Positions 35,782 to 44,607 of a stretch of DNA of 64,000 nucleotides are shown piece after piece. Position 1 is the first letter of the stretch; every line of letters starts with the position of its first letter. The notes under the pieces are model-generated. The model had not been told where the DNA came from, ran no database searches, and worked only from the letters and a program-made list of their open reading frames with translations. A program made the translations under genes and the position numbers. The DNA is taken from contig CAZMSC010000001.1 in NCBI GenBank assembly GCA_964568845.1, forward strand, positions 32,520 through 96,519. The letters are read 5' to 3'. The stretch comes from an uncultured Candidatus Bathyarchaeia archaeon. GTDB lineage: Archaea > Thermoproteota > CALKCG01 > B24.

Positions 35782-37065
35782 TTGGAGAAAACGTCTCGTA
35801 TAGCTGGCTTTTACAAGTTGAACTTGGAAGATAGGTTGCGAGTAGTAGCTGAGTTTGCAGGTTTAACCGAGGAGGAATGCGCCCTACTTAGAAACACTGG
35901 AAGCTTAGAGCTCAGTTTAGCTGATAGGATGATTGAAAATGTCGTAGGCGTGATGCATATACCGTTAGGTATAGCTTTAAACTTCCTCATAAATGGGAGA
36001 GATTACATGGTTCCTATGGCTATAGAGGAGCCGAGCGTCGTAGCAGCGGCAAGTAATGCCGCGAAAATAGCTAGAGTCAAGGGAGGCTTCCAAGCGTCTA
36101 CAACACCACCCATAATGATCGGGCAAATACAGCTTGTTAAGGTTCCAGACCCATATGGAGCCAAGTACACAATCCTAACACATAAGGATGATATTTTAAG
36201 TAAGGCAAACGAACAGGACCCAGTATTGGTTAAGCTGGGTGGCGGGGCGAAGGATTTAGAGGTTAGAGTTGTGAGGTCTGATTTGGGACCTATGGTCATC
36301 ACCCATCTTCTCGTAGACGTTAGAGACGCTATGGGTGCAAACGCCGTTAACACCATGGCTGAAGCCGTCGCACCGTTAATAGAGAAGCTTACTGGAGGAA
36401 GAGTATATCTACGTATAGTTTCAAACCTAGCCGTCTATAGGCTTGCAAGAGCGAAGGCAGTGTTCGATAAGGAGGCTTTAGGCGGTGAGGAGGCCGTTGA
36501 GGGAATACTGTATGCATACCACTTCGCTAAGTCAGATCCGTTCAGATGCGCAACGCACAATAAGGGAATTATGAACGGTATAATCGCAGTAGCACTTGCT
36601 ACAGGCAATGATACTAGAGCATTGGAGGCTGGTGCCCATGCCTACGCCGCTAGAACTGGCGAGTATCAACCATTAACTACTTGGGAAGTTAATAGCGACG
36701 GCGATTTAGTGGGTACAATAGAGCTGCCTCTAGCCGTCGGAATAGTGGGTGGAGCCACAAGATCCAACCCGTTGGCAAAAGTCTGTTTGAAGATTCTGAG
36801 TGTAAAGTCTGCCTGCGAACTGGCGGAGGTCATGGCTTCAGTAGGGTTGGCTCAAAATCTCGCAGCATTAAAAGCATTGGCGACTGAGGGCATTCAAAGG
36901 GGGCATATGAAGCTTCACGCCAGAAACATAGCTATAATGGCTGGTGCTACGGGTGAGCTGATAGATGAGGTGGCGGAAAGGATGGTAGAGGAGCGCGTTA
37001 TAAGAATAGATAAAGCTAAGGAGATCTTGCAGAGGCTTCTTGCAGAGAGGAGGAAAGAAATGTAA
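35782..37065 (+). CDS. hmgA: 3-hydroxy-3-methylglutaryl-CoA reductase (class I, archaeal)
   Basis: [36 protein letters not shown] and GGATR motifs; TTG start. Confidence 0.9.
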   Translation: MEKTSRIAGFYKLNLEDRLRVVAEFAGLTEEECALLRNTGSLELSLADRMIENVVGVMHIPLGIALNFLINGRDYMVPMAIEEPSVVAAASNAAKIARVKGGFQASTTPPIMIGQIQLVKVPDPYGAKYTILTHKDDILSKANEQDPVLVKLGGGAKDLEVRVVRSDLGPMVITHLLVDVRDAMGANAVNTMAEAVAPLIEKLTGGRVYLRIVSNLAVYRLARAKAVFDKEALGGEEAVEGILYAYHFAKSDPFRCATHNKGIMNGIIAVALATGNDTRALEAGAHAYAARTGEYQPLTTWEVNSDGDLVGTIELPLAVGIVGGATRSNPLAKVCLKILSVKSACELAEVMASVGLAQNLAALKALATEGIQRGHMKLHARNIAIMAGATGELIDEVAERMVEERVIRIDKAKEILQRLLAERRKEM

Positions 37066-37109
37066 AATGTTTTTAAGATTCCATTTATTTTTTAAATAGT
37101 GGTGTAGTT

Positions 37110-37259
37110 TTGTCTACTTGCTCCTCTTGTGTAAAGGTTTTGGAGAAGGAGTTTAAATGTAGATTCTGTGGAAGGATCTTCTGTGAAGAGTGCTTCTGTA
37201 AGAACATGGCATACGAACGGAGACATAAGGCAATTTCTGGAGCTACAAGCGACGTTTAG
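37110..37259 (+). CDS. Small Cys-rich zinc-finger protein (49 aa); below the track's size cutoff
   Basis: TTG-initiated ORF LSTCSSCVKVLEKEFKCRFCGRIFCEECFCKN... with CxxC x3; coding status unproven. Confidence 0.3.
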   Translation: MSTCSSCVKVLEKEFKCRFCGRIFCEECFCKNMAYERRHKAISGATSDV

Positions 37260-37391
37260 AAGTTGCGGAAGAAGAGTTAAATATGCTGGTTAAATGAACG
37301 ATTTACCTATTTTAGCTTTAGCATCTCCATAAAATGTAAAGGTTAATAAGATTGAAAGGAGGATACTTTTCCTGCTTAGGGGGGTATGGAA

Positions 37392-39615
37392 ATGCCTAGG
37401 TATAAGACGACGGCTGAAATCCTCAAGATAATTAAGGATAAGGAGCTTATTCGAAAGGCTTAAGGCTTAAGCCTTAGGCCCGAAAGATATAGGTATTATA
37501 GCTCACGTAGATCACGGTAAAACTACGATGTCTGATAGTCTTTTAGCAGCCTGTGGACTGCTTTCACCATCTGTAGCTGGTCAGGCTTTAGCATTAGACT
37601 ATATGGAAGAAGAGCAGCAGAGACAGATGACTATTAAAGCCGCCAACGTGAGCCTTTACTATGAATATGAAAATAGGCCGTACGTCATAAACCTGATAGA
37701 TACACCCGGGCACATAGACTTTACTGGAAAGGTAACCAGGTCTTTAAGGGCGATAGATGGAGCTGTTGTCGTTGTAGACGCTGTTGAAGGTGTGATGACG
37801 CAGACGGAGACTGTGACGAGGCAGGCTTTAGAGGAGAGGGTTAGACCAATACTATATATCAATAAGATAGATAGGTTGATTAATGAGCTTAAACTCACCC
37901 CGCAGAAGATACAGGAAACCATTATTAAAATAGTCAAGGATTTTAACGGTTTAATCGAAATGTACGCTGAGCCGGAGTATAGAAATGCTTGGAAGGCTAG
38001 CCTTGTAGATAATAGCGTAGCATTGGGCTCTGCCAAATACAGGTGGGGCTTTACACTTAAGATCGCTCAGAGAAAAGGCGTGAAGTTTTCCGATGTTGTG
38101 ACAGCTTATAGGGATGGCACTGTAGAGGATTTGGCGAAGACCGTTCCACTTCATGAGGCGATATTGGAAATGGTTGTTGAACACCTCCCCCCACCTCACA
38201 TCGCTCAGAAGTATAGGATACCTAAGATTTGGCGGGGCGATTTATCTTCTGATGTAGGTAAGGCTATGCTTGAGTGCGATGATGATGGACCTGTTGTCAT
38301 GTGTGTTTCCAACATAACAGTTGACCCGCAGGCGGGTATAGTGGCTACTGGCAGACTTTTCTCAGGAACCATAAACTCCGGCGACAGCGTCTACATGATA
38401 GGCGCTAGATCCAGTAGTAGAGTTCAACAGGTGTGTATATACATGGGGCCTAATAGGGAGATAGTTGGCAGTCTGTCGGCCGGAAACATACCGGCTCTAC
38501 TGGGTCTTAGCAAGGCTAGGGCTGGTGAAACGATATCGTCTGTTCAAGACATAGTACCTTTTGAAGCCGTCAAGTATGTAACCGAGCCCGTTGTAACAAT
38601 AGCCATAGAGCCTAAGTACAGTAGAGATTTACCTAAACTCGTCGACGTGTTGAATAGACTTACGATAGAGGACCCAAACTATGTAACTAAGATAGACCAA
38701 GAAAGCGGCGAGTATCTACTTTCAGGCATTGGGCAGGTACACCTTGAAATAGCTTTAACGTTGATAGGGAAGACCGGGTTGGAGGTTGTAACATCCCCAC
38801 CGACAGTCATATACAGGGAGAGCATTAGAAGACCGGCAGGCCCATTCATGGGGAAGTCGCCCAATAAACACAACAGGGTCTTCATAAGCGTTGAACCTTT
38901 AGACCCCCAAATAGTAGAGCTTATAACCTCAGGTCAGCTTAACGATTCCCTAGACCGAAGGACCATAGCCAATATTCTCAGAGAGCATGAGTGGTCTGCT
39001 GAAGAAGCTAGAAACGTTTGGAGCATAGACCCTCACGGATGTATCCTCGTGGATAGAACAAAGGGCATCCAATACCTCAACGAGGTTAAGGACTACATAG
39101 TTTCAGGTTTTCTATCAGCTATGGATGATGGGCCGCTTACGAGAGAGTATGTCAGAGGTGTGAAGGTTAACCTTGAAAACGCCGAGCTACACTCAGACCC
39201 AGCTCATAGAGGCCCTGCTCAGATAATACCTATGGTTCGTAGGGCGATTTACGCGTGTCTTCTATCTGCAGATCCAATTCTATTAGAGCCTATAATGAAG
39301 CTTGTAAGCAAGGCTCCAACTGAAATGGTCGGCGCATTAACCAAGGTTATTACGTCTAGAAGAGGGCGTGTTCTAACGATAGATCAGAGAGAGTACGTTG
39401 TTCAAGTTGAGGGGGAGCTCCCCGCCGCTGAAACGTTCGACCTGGCAGATGTCATAAGGTCTTCGACATCTGGTAAGGCTTTTTGGAGCCTACCGTTTTC
39501 AAGATGGGCTCCAGTACCATCATCTATGCTATCTCAGCTCATAAGCGAAATAAGGAAGCGTAAAGGGCTATCTCCAGAACCTCCAAGGGCTGAAGACTTC
39601 ATGGACAGGGATTAA
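37392..39615 (+). CDS. fusA: Translation elongation factor 2 (aEF-2), coding sequence split: join(37392..37455,37487..39615)
   Basis: Exon 1 encodes MPRYKTTAEILKIIKDKELIR(N). Exon 2 encodes IGIIAHVDHGKTT...DTPGH...NKID...AHRGPAQI (diphthamide His region). The joined length is 2193 nt, giving 730 aa plus stop. The N-terminus is colinear with Sulfolobus EF-2 (MPRYKT...RVRNIGIIAHVDHGKTT). Confidence 0.85.
37456..37486 (+). other. 31-nt bulge-helix-bulge (BHB) intron candidate inside the aEF-2 coding sequence
   Basis: Central 4-bp helix U37450-G37453 / C37481-A37484. 3-nt bulges at A37454-A37456 and A37485-A37487. Inner 10-bp hairpin G37457-C37466 / G37471-C37480 with UUAA loop. The intron carries an in-frame UAA at 37461-37463. 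Confidence 0.7.
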
Positions 39616-39659
39616 AACTTCACTTTTATTCCAGACTGATCTAAACAGATGGAAACATT

Positions 39660-40760
39660 CTAAGCGAAGTCTGAGTGTTTTCGTAACATATCTACTTCGG
39701 TTATATTCTCCTCAATGGCTATTAGGTAGATGGAGCTTTCCAGGAAGAAGAGGGTTCTAAGCTCAAAGATGGATTCTAGAGGGTTTTTAGGAAGGTAGCT
39801 GCTTCTAAGCCCTTTAATCTTATACATTACTCTACCTGGGATTATGATCACTGAGTTGCTGTTTTCCGCCAGGGGACTTTCACCATAGGATGTTATCGAG
39901 ACGACCCTGGCGCCTTTAGCCTTAGCCTTTTCAGCCATAAGGGATGGTATGTGGCTACCGGATCCAGATATTATTAGAACCATATCTCTCGGCCCGACGG
40001 ATACGCTACCCTTATCCTTCCAAAAGTAGCATTCACGGTCTTCATCCAGCTTACAGCAGTGTCTAAGCCTTGTTACGAAGAAGGAGCCGACTATTCCGGA
40101 GAAGCCTTCTCCAACAACTACTGTTTTACCTGTTAGAGGGTTTAAAGGAGACCTAGGCTTGGGTAAAGAGTGGTATAGGAATTGGAAGTCTCTCTGAGAC
40201 GGCGTATAGCTTCTTAAACCTTCAGTCAGCCTTCTAAACCATCCGTATGCATTGCCTTCGATAAACGAGCCTGCGAAGCTCAGTGAGAATAGCATTGTTC
40301 TAAGCTCGTAGAGTGTTCCAATAGGTGTTAATGGCGCGTACTGTACGCCGATCAACTGCCTTATGTAGTAGTCTTCAGCATGGTAGCTTAAAACCTCCTT
40401 ACCAGGTATCTCTATTACGAGGTCTGATAGCTCTGCTAGAGGACTTTTGACGTTTGAGGTTAAGGATACTATTCTAGCGTTAGCCTCACGGGCTATTCTA
40501 GCCGTTTCAAGCGTGTAGGTTGTTACACCGCTTCCTGAGAAGGCTACGAGGGTATCTTCACTCTTAAGTATATATGGAATATCGTCGGGCCCGTAGACCT
40601 GTTCAAACCCTAGGTTTCTTAGGAATCTTGTGAAAACCTCAGCGTTACCGCCAGACCTCCCGACTCCAACACATATGACTCTACGGGAGCTTTTTAAAGC
40701 CTCTTTAAAGTCTTCCAGTTTACTTTCACTTGGAAACTTGAAATTTTCAACGAGCCTCAC
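39660..40760 (-). CDS. Tandem SIS-domain protein (two 6-phospho-3-hexuloisomerase-like halves)
   Basis: N-half VICVGVGRSGGNAEVFTRFLRNLGF...LVAFSGSGVT. C-half VVVGEGFSGIVGSFFVTRLRH...LIISGSGSH...RVVSITS. GTG start. Confidence 0.65.
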   Translation of the reverse strand: MRLVENFKFPSESKLEDFKEALKSSRRVICVGVGRSGGNAEVFTRFLRNLGFEQVYGPDDIPYILKSEDTLVAFSGSGVTTYTLETARIAREANARIVSLTSNVKSPLAELSDLVIEIPGKEVLSYHAEDYYIRQLIGVQYAPLTPIGTLYELRTMLFSLSFAGSFIEGNAYGWFRRLTEGLRSYTPSQRDFQFLYHSLPKPRSPLNPLTGKTVVVGEGFSGIVGSFFVTRLRHCCKLDEDRECYFWKDKGSVSVGPRDMVLIISGSGSHIPSLMAEKAKAKGARVVSITSYGESPLAENSNSVIIIPGRVMYKIKGLRSSYLPKNPLESIFELRTLFFLESSIYLIAIEENITEVDMLRKHSDFA

Positions 40761-40957
40761 CAGCCTACTGTATGTATATGAGACTTCTTCGCCGGACTCC
40801 GTTGCGATTCAAGGTCACCTTCCGGATACTAATCGACTCATCGATTAGTATAACCTTTTCCTTTTTAAACGGCGTTCTCCACTCCAACTTTCACCCTCCA
40901 GTGTGGAATATCTTAAACAGTAAAGCATTTACCCAGGTTTCAGCTCTTCTATCTATC

Positions 40958-42007
40958 ATGCGTTATGCGGATAGAGTTAAACGTATTAGAGACATCTTAG
41001 CCAGTGAAGAAGCGGACCTTTTCATGGTAAAAGACCCTAAAAACGTCCTGTATTTAACTGGTTTTGAAGGTGGGAGACTTTTCATAACGCAGGATGATGA
41101 TCCTCTTCTAATAGTTTCTGCTTTAAGTTTTGAAGAGGCTGAAGATTCCGCCTATGGCGTTCGGATTCAAAAGGTACCCGTAAGCGAATCTATGAAAGAT
41201 TTCAGCTTGAAGGTTTTAAACAGTTTTAAACCCCACATACTACTTTACGACGATTTATCGGTTTCAGACTATTTAAGCTTAGGAAACTCAGGCTTTAAGC
41301 TTAAAGACGGCTCGAACCACATTTCTCATCTTAGAAGGAGGAAGGACGAGAAGGAGGTTGAGTGTATGGTTAAAGCGGCTGAGCTGACTGGAGAACTTAT
41401 GGAGGTTTTAATTGAGCAAGCTAAACCTGGGGTTAGGGAAAACGACCTTGCAAGGGAGGCCGATATATTTGTAAGAGCGCGCGGACTTGAGTACGCATTT
41501 CCAATAATAGTTGTCTCGGGTTTTAGATCGTCAAACCCACATGGTAAGCCATCTTTAAAGGCGATTTCGGAAGGCGAGCCTGTGACGATAGATTTAGGGG
41601 TGAAATACGGAGGGTACTGCGTAGACATGACTAGGAGCTTCATAGTCGGTCGGAATCCAGAGTATGAATCTATTCTCGAATATGTAGCCAGTACTCAGGA
41701 GAAGGCTTTGAATTACGTGAAGGCTGGGGTTCAGTGTAGAGACATAGACAAAGTTGCGAGAGACTTCCTCGATAGTAGAGGTTATGGTGAACTCTTCATA
41801 CACAGCCTTGGCCACGGCGTCGGTTTAGACATACATGAGACGCCGTCTTTAAACCCGTTCAGCAAAGACGCACTGATGGAGAATGAAGTGGTGACGATAG
41901 AACCCGGCATCTACATCAGGAAAAAGTTTGGGTGTAGAGTTGAGGATACGGTTTTAGTGCTTAAAGATGGATGTAAAATATTGACATACCACGATCGAGA
42001 TCAATAA
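40958..42007 (+). CDS. pepQ: M24-family Xaa-Pro dipeptidase/aminopeptidase
   Basis: Creatinase-like N-domain then HSLGHGVGLDIHETP and VVTIEPGIY. ATG 40958 (MRYADRVKRIRDIL) preferred over the track's extended start. Confidence 0.8.
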   Translation: MRYADRVKRIRDILASEEADLFMVKDPKNVLYLTGFEGGRLFITQDDDPLLIVSALSFEEAEDSAYGVRIQKVPVSESMKDFSLKVLNSFKPHILLYDDLSVSDYLSLGNSGFKLKDGSNHISHLRRRKDEKEVECMVKAAELTGELMEVLIEQAKPGVRENDLAREADIFVRARGLEYAFPIIVVSGFRSSNPHGKPSLKAISEGEPVTIDLGVKYGGYCVDMTRSFIVGRNPEYESILEYVASTQEKALNYVKAGVQCRDIDKVARDFLDSRGYGELFIHSLGHGVGLDIHETPSLNPFSKDALMENEVVTIEPGIYIRKKFGCRVEDTVLVLKDGCKILTYHDRDQ

Positions 42008-42092
42008 ACCAGCTACGTCACCTCTATTCGATAGGTGGAAATAGAATACTTTACATAAATATTCATATAGCCTATAATATTTTGATGATACG

Positions 42093-42674
42093 ATGATGGC
42101 GGAAGTGTTTAGAGCATCCATATCGCTATTCATAATAATGAGCCCTTTTTCAAGTATACCGATTTTCCTCGCCGTGACGCGGAATGTTAGGAATAAGTTG
42201 AAGCCCGCCTCTCAAGCGATCATAGTCGCATCCGTAACACTGTTCACTTTTCTATTCCTCGGCCAGGAGATCATGGACATTTTCAATATTAGCCTATCAG
42301 CTTTAAAAATCGCCGGAGGCGTCGTCCTAACCATTTTGGGAATAGAGCTTGTACTTGGTACATCATTTATTAAAGCTGAAGAGGGAGATTACTCACCTGC
42401 TATTTCACTTATCGGTACGCCTTTATTAACCGGACCCGGTGTTATAGTTTCAACCATGATTTTTACTGAGGAGTATGGATATATAGTAACAGTGATTTCG
42501 GCGGTAATCTCCCTTACAGCTAGCTGGCTTATCCTTCTATGTTCTGAGTATATTGATAGGTTTATTGGAGATTTTTGGCGTGAAACTATTTCAAGGATAA
42601 CAGGCTTCCTATTGGTAGCTATCGCCGTCGAATTTATTGTATCTGGAGTGAAGCTTACGTTGATAAGTCCCTAA
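42093..42674 (+). CDS. MarC family (UPF0056) integral membrane protein
   Basis: FIIMSPFSSIPIFLAVT N-terminal signature; about 6 TM helices. Confidence 0.75.
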   Translation: MMAEVFRASISLFIIMSPFSSIPIFLAVTRNVRNKLKPASQAIIVASVTLFTFLFLGQEIMDIFNISLSALKIAGGVVLTILGIELVLGTSFIKAEEGDYSPAISLIGTPLLTGPGVIVSTMIFTEEYGYIVTVISAVISLTASWLILLCSEYIDRFIGDFWRETISRITGFLLVAIAVEFIVSGVKLTLISP

Positions 42675-42728
42675 ATTAAACTTCATATTTTTAGGTAATG
42701 GTAGATTTTAACATGAGCACTAAACCAT

Positions 42729-42929
42729 GTAGTCTTTGATAAACATATATAGCCATGAGGATTCATCAGCCTAGGCTTCCCTCGAGCTCATCGGAGTTCT
42801 CATCAACTCCTTGAAGAGCTTTTAAGATAGAGGAGGCCTTTATCCGAAGACACAAATTCACAGTTGTGTTTAGCCGCCTATCTATTTTCAATCCGAGAAG
42901 GACGGATTCGCATATCTATCAAAGACTAC
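42729..42929. repeat. 201-bp hairpin-rich intergenic element bounded by perfect 13-bp inverted repeats
   Basis: GTAGTCTTTGATA (42729-42741) and TATCAAAGACTAC (42917-42929). Internal hairpins at 42793-42810, 42850-42869 and 42890-42908. Confidence 0.5.
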
Positions 42930-43132
42930 GTAACTTAGAACCCTTGGGTTCTAAGTTAGAACCCTATGGTTGACCAGTATCCCTATCTTAGCGGAGTATG
43001 CTATGCTTACGCTTCAATTGATGGAGTTGTAGCTGTCGAGATGGTTGCCGGGCATACTAGCATGGATGGGGTGTACACTTGTAATATGTAGGACAACATT
43101 ATGTTCCTCAAGGCCTAAACGAAGACTCTTTT

Positions 43133-43363
43133 ATGACATACATTACAGTGTCTACTAAGGTTAAGAGGAGCCTTGTGGAGAAAGCTAAAAAATATGGAGT
43201 GAATCTCAGCGAGGTTATGAGGAGGGCTCTAGAGAAGGAAGTGCGGAAGAGGGAGGTTGAATGGGCCTTATCGGTGATGGAGGAAATCTCACGTAAAGCG
43301 AAGCTTGATCGTGAGTCAAAGGAGCTTATTAGAGAGTACAGAGATAGGGGGAAGAGTTCATGA
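43133..43363 (+). CDS. vapB: VapB-type (ribbon-helix-helix-like) antitoxin
   Basis: 76-aa ORF MTYITVSTKVKRSLVEKAKKYGVNLSEVMRRALEKEV; its stop overlaps the start of the downstream PIN gene. Confidence 0.6.
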   Translation: MTYITVSTKVKRSLVEKAKKYGVNLSEVMRRALEKEVRKREVEWALSVMEEISRKAKLDRESKELIREYRDRGKSS

Positions 43364-43647
43364 AAGTAGTCTTAGATGCAAGTGCTGTAGGGAAGTGGTA
43401 CCTGATTGAAGAGGAATCCGAGGATATGAGAAAGCTTAGAGATGAGATTCTTATAGGTGAAGTGGAAGCTCACGTACCAGAACTAATATTCATAGAGCTG
43501 GCAAATCTTCTCAGATATGCAAGAGGTTTAAGCCCTGAAGATGTAGTTGAAGGTGTGAGAGCTGCCACGAGTATTGGATTAATTATGCATAGGTTCGATG
43601 AGCTTCTGGAGAAAACCGTCCTTAAGCTGGACTCACATATTTCTTGA
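43360..43647 (+). pseudogene. vapC: PIN-domain (VapC-like) toxin, C-terminally truncated
   Basis: MKVVLDASAV...PELIFIELANLL is PIN-like. The ORF ends at 95 aa with TGA where the conserved (F)YDA segment is expected, and the downstream frame is degenerate. Confidence 0.55.
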
Positions 43648-43818
43648 TATGGAAAACCAATCATAGAGATGAAATTAAGATTGTCTTCCTAATGACGACT
43701 TGACACGCTTACTCTTAACACTTCTCCACCCACCATCGATAAACTCCAAAATCACCCCAAACTCATTATTCGTAAATATCCGACCCCTCACTACCCATAT
43801 TACTTCAGCCTAAAGGCT

Positions 43819-44607
43819 TTAGACAACCTTGAATTCTGAACCCGTCTGGATTGAGCAGGAGCAACTTCTATCTAAAGGTATGTTTCTAATTGTTTCTCCA
43901 AGTATCCTCATGACCGTTTCCCTCTTCACAAGAGCTATGTCCGAGACTTCTCTACTCGTTATCCTGTTCTGCATACCAGCAGCCATGTTTGACACTATGC
44001 ATAGAGAGGCGTAGCATAATCCCAGCTCTCTTGCTAAAGCTGCTTCAGGGCAACCAGTCATACCTACAACATCCGCCCCTAAAAGCCTGAACATCCTTAT
44101 TTCAGCAGCCGTTTCAAACCTAGGACCCTCCGTACAGACGTATGTGGATCTATCCCATACAGTTTCACCCAGCCTACGCGCCGACTCTACCAGAAGACCT
44201 CTAAGCTCTTCACAGTATGGTTTTGTAAAGTCTACGTGAGTAACTGGTTGAACGTCATAAAACGTATAATGTCTACGCTTGGTGAAATCTATCAGATTAT
44301 TTGGAACCGTAAGATCACCGGACTTCATAATAGGATTTATAGCGCCTACAGTATTAACAGCAAGCAACCTTTCAACTCCGAGCTTCTTCAGAGACCATAT
44401 ATTAGCCCTATACTCCACCATATGTGGGGGATTTTCATGTTTAACACCATGCCTTAAAACAGCTAAAGTCTCAACACCGCTAATAAAAGCTCTAGAGACA
44501 ATGACCTTCTTAAAATTAAACGGCGTTTCAATTTCAATCGTTTCAAAGGGCTGTAAAGCCTTCTCAAAACCAGACCCCAGAATCACGGCATGACGTATAT
44601 TCCTCAA
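43819..44607 (-). CDS. mtnP: S-methyl-5'-thioadenosine phosphorylase / purine nucleoside phosphorylase
   Basis: AVILGSGF, FISGVETLAVLRHG, NTVGAINP and VVGMTGCPEAALAREL motifs; TTG start overlaps the upstream stop (TTGA). Confidence 0.85.
   Translation of the reverse strand: MRNIRHAVILGSGFEKALQPFETIEIETPFNFKKVIVSRAFISGVETLAVLRHGVKHENPPHMVEYRANIWSLKKLGVERLLAVNTVGAINPIMKSGDLTVPNNLIDFTKRRHYTFYDVQPVTHVDFTKPYCEELRGLLVESARRLGETVWDRSTYVCTEGPRFETAAEIRMFRLLGADVVGMTGCPEAALARELGLCYASLCIVSNMAAGMQNRITSREVSDIALVKRETVMRILGETIRNIPLDRSCSCSIQTGSEFKVV

Noticed and set aside
37452-37488. Alternative explanations for the EF-2 interruption: simple frameshift, duplication slippage between the two CGAAAG copies, or ribosomal bypassing/hopping
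   Set aside because: The CGAAAG copies are 29 nt apart, so deleting one repeat unit leaves the wrong frame. A simple frameshift cannot remove the in-frame TAA codons. Matched take-off/landing codons (CGA/CGA, AAG/AAG) resume in a frame that hits TAG immediately; only mismatched Lys AAG-to-AAA or Ala GCU-to-GCC hops work, and they add non-conserved residues. The BHB solution explains frame, length and the conserved RN-IG junction at once.
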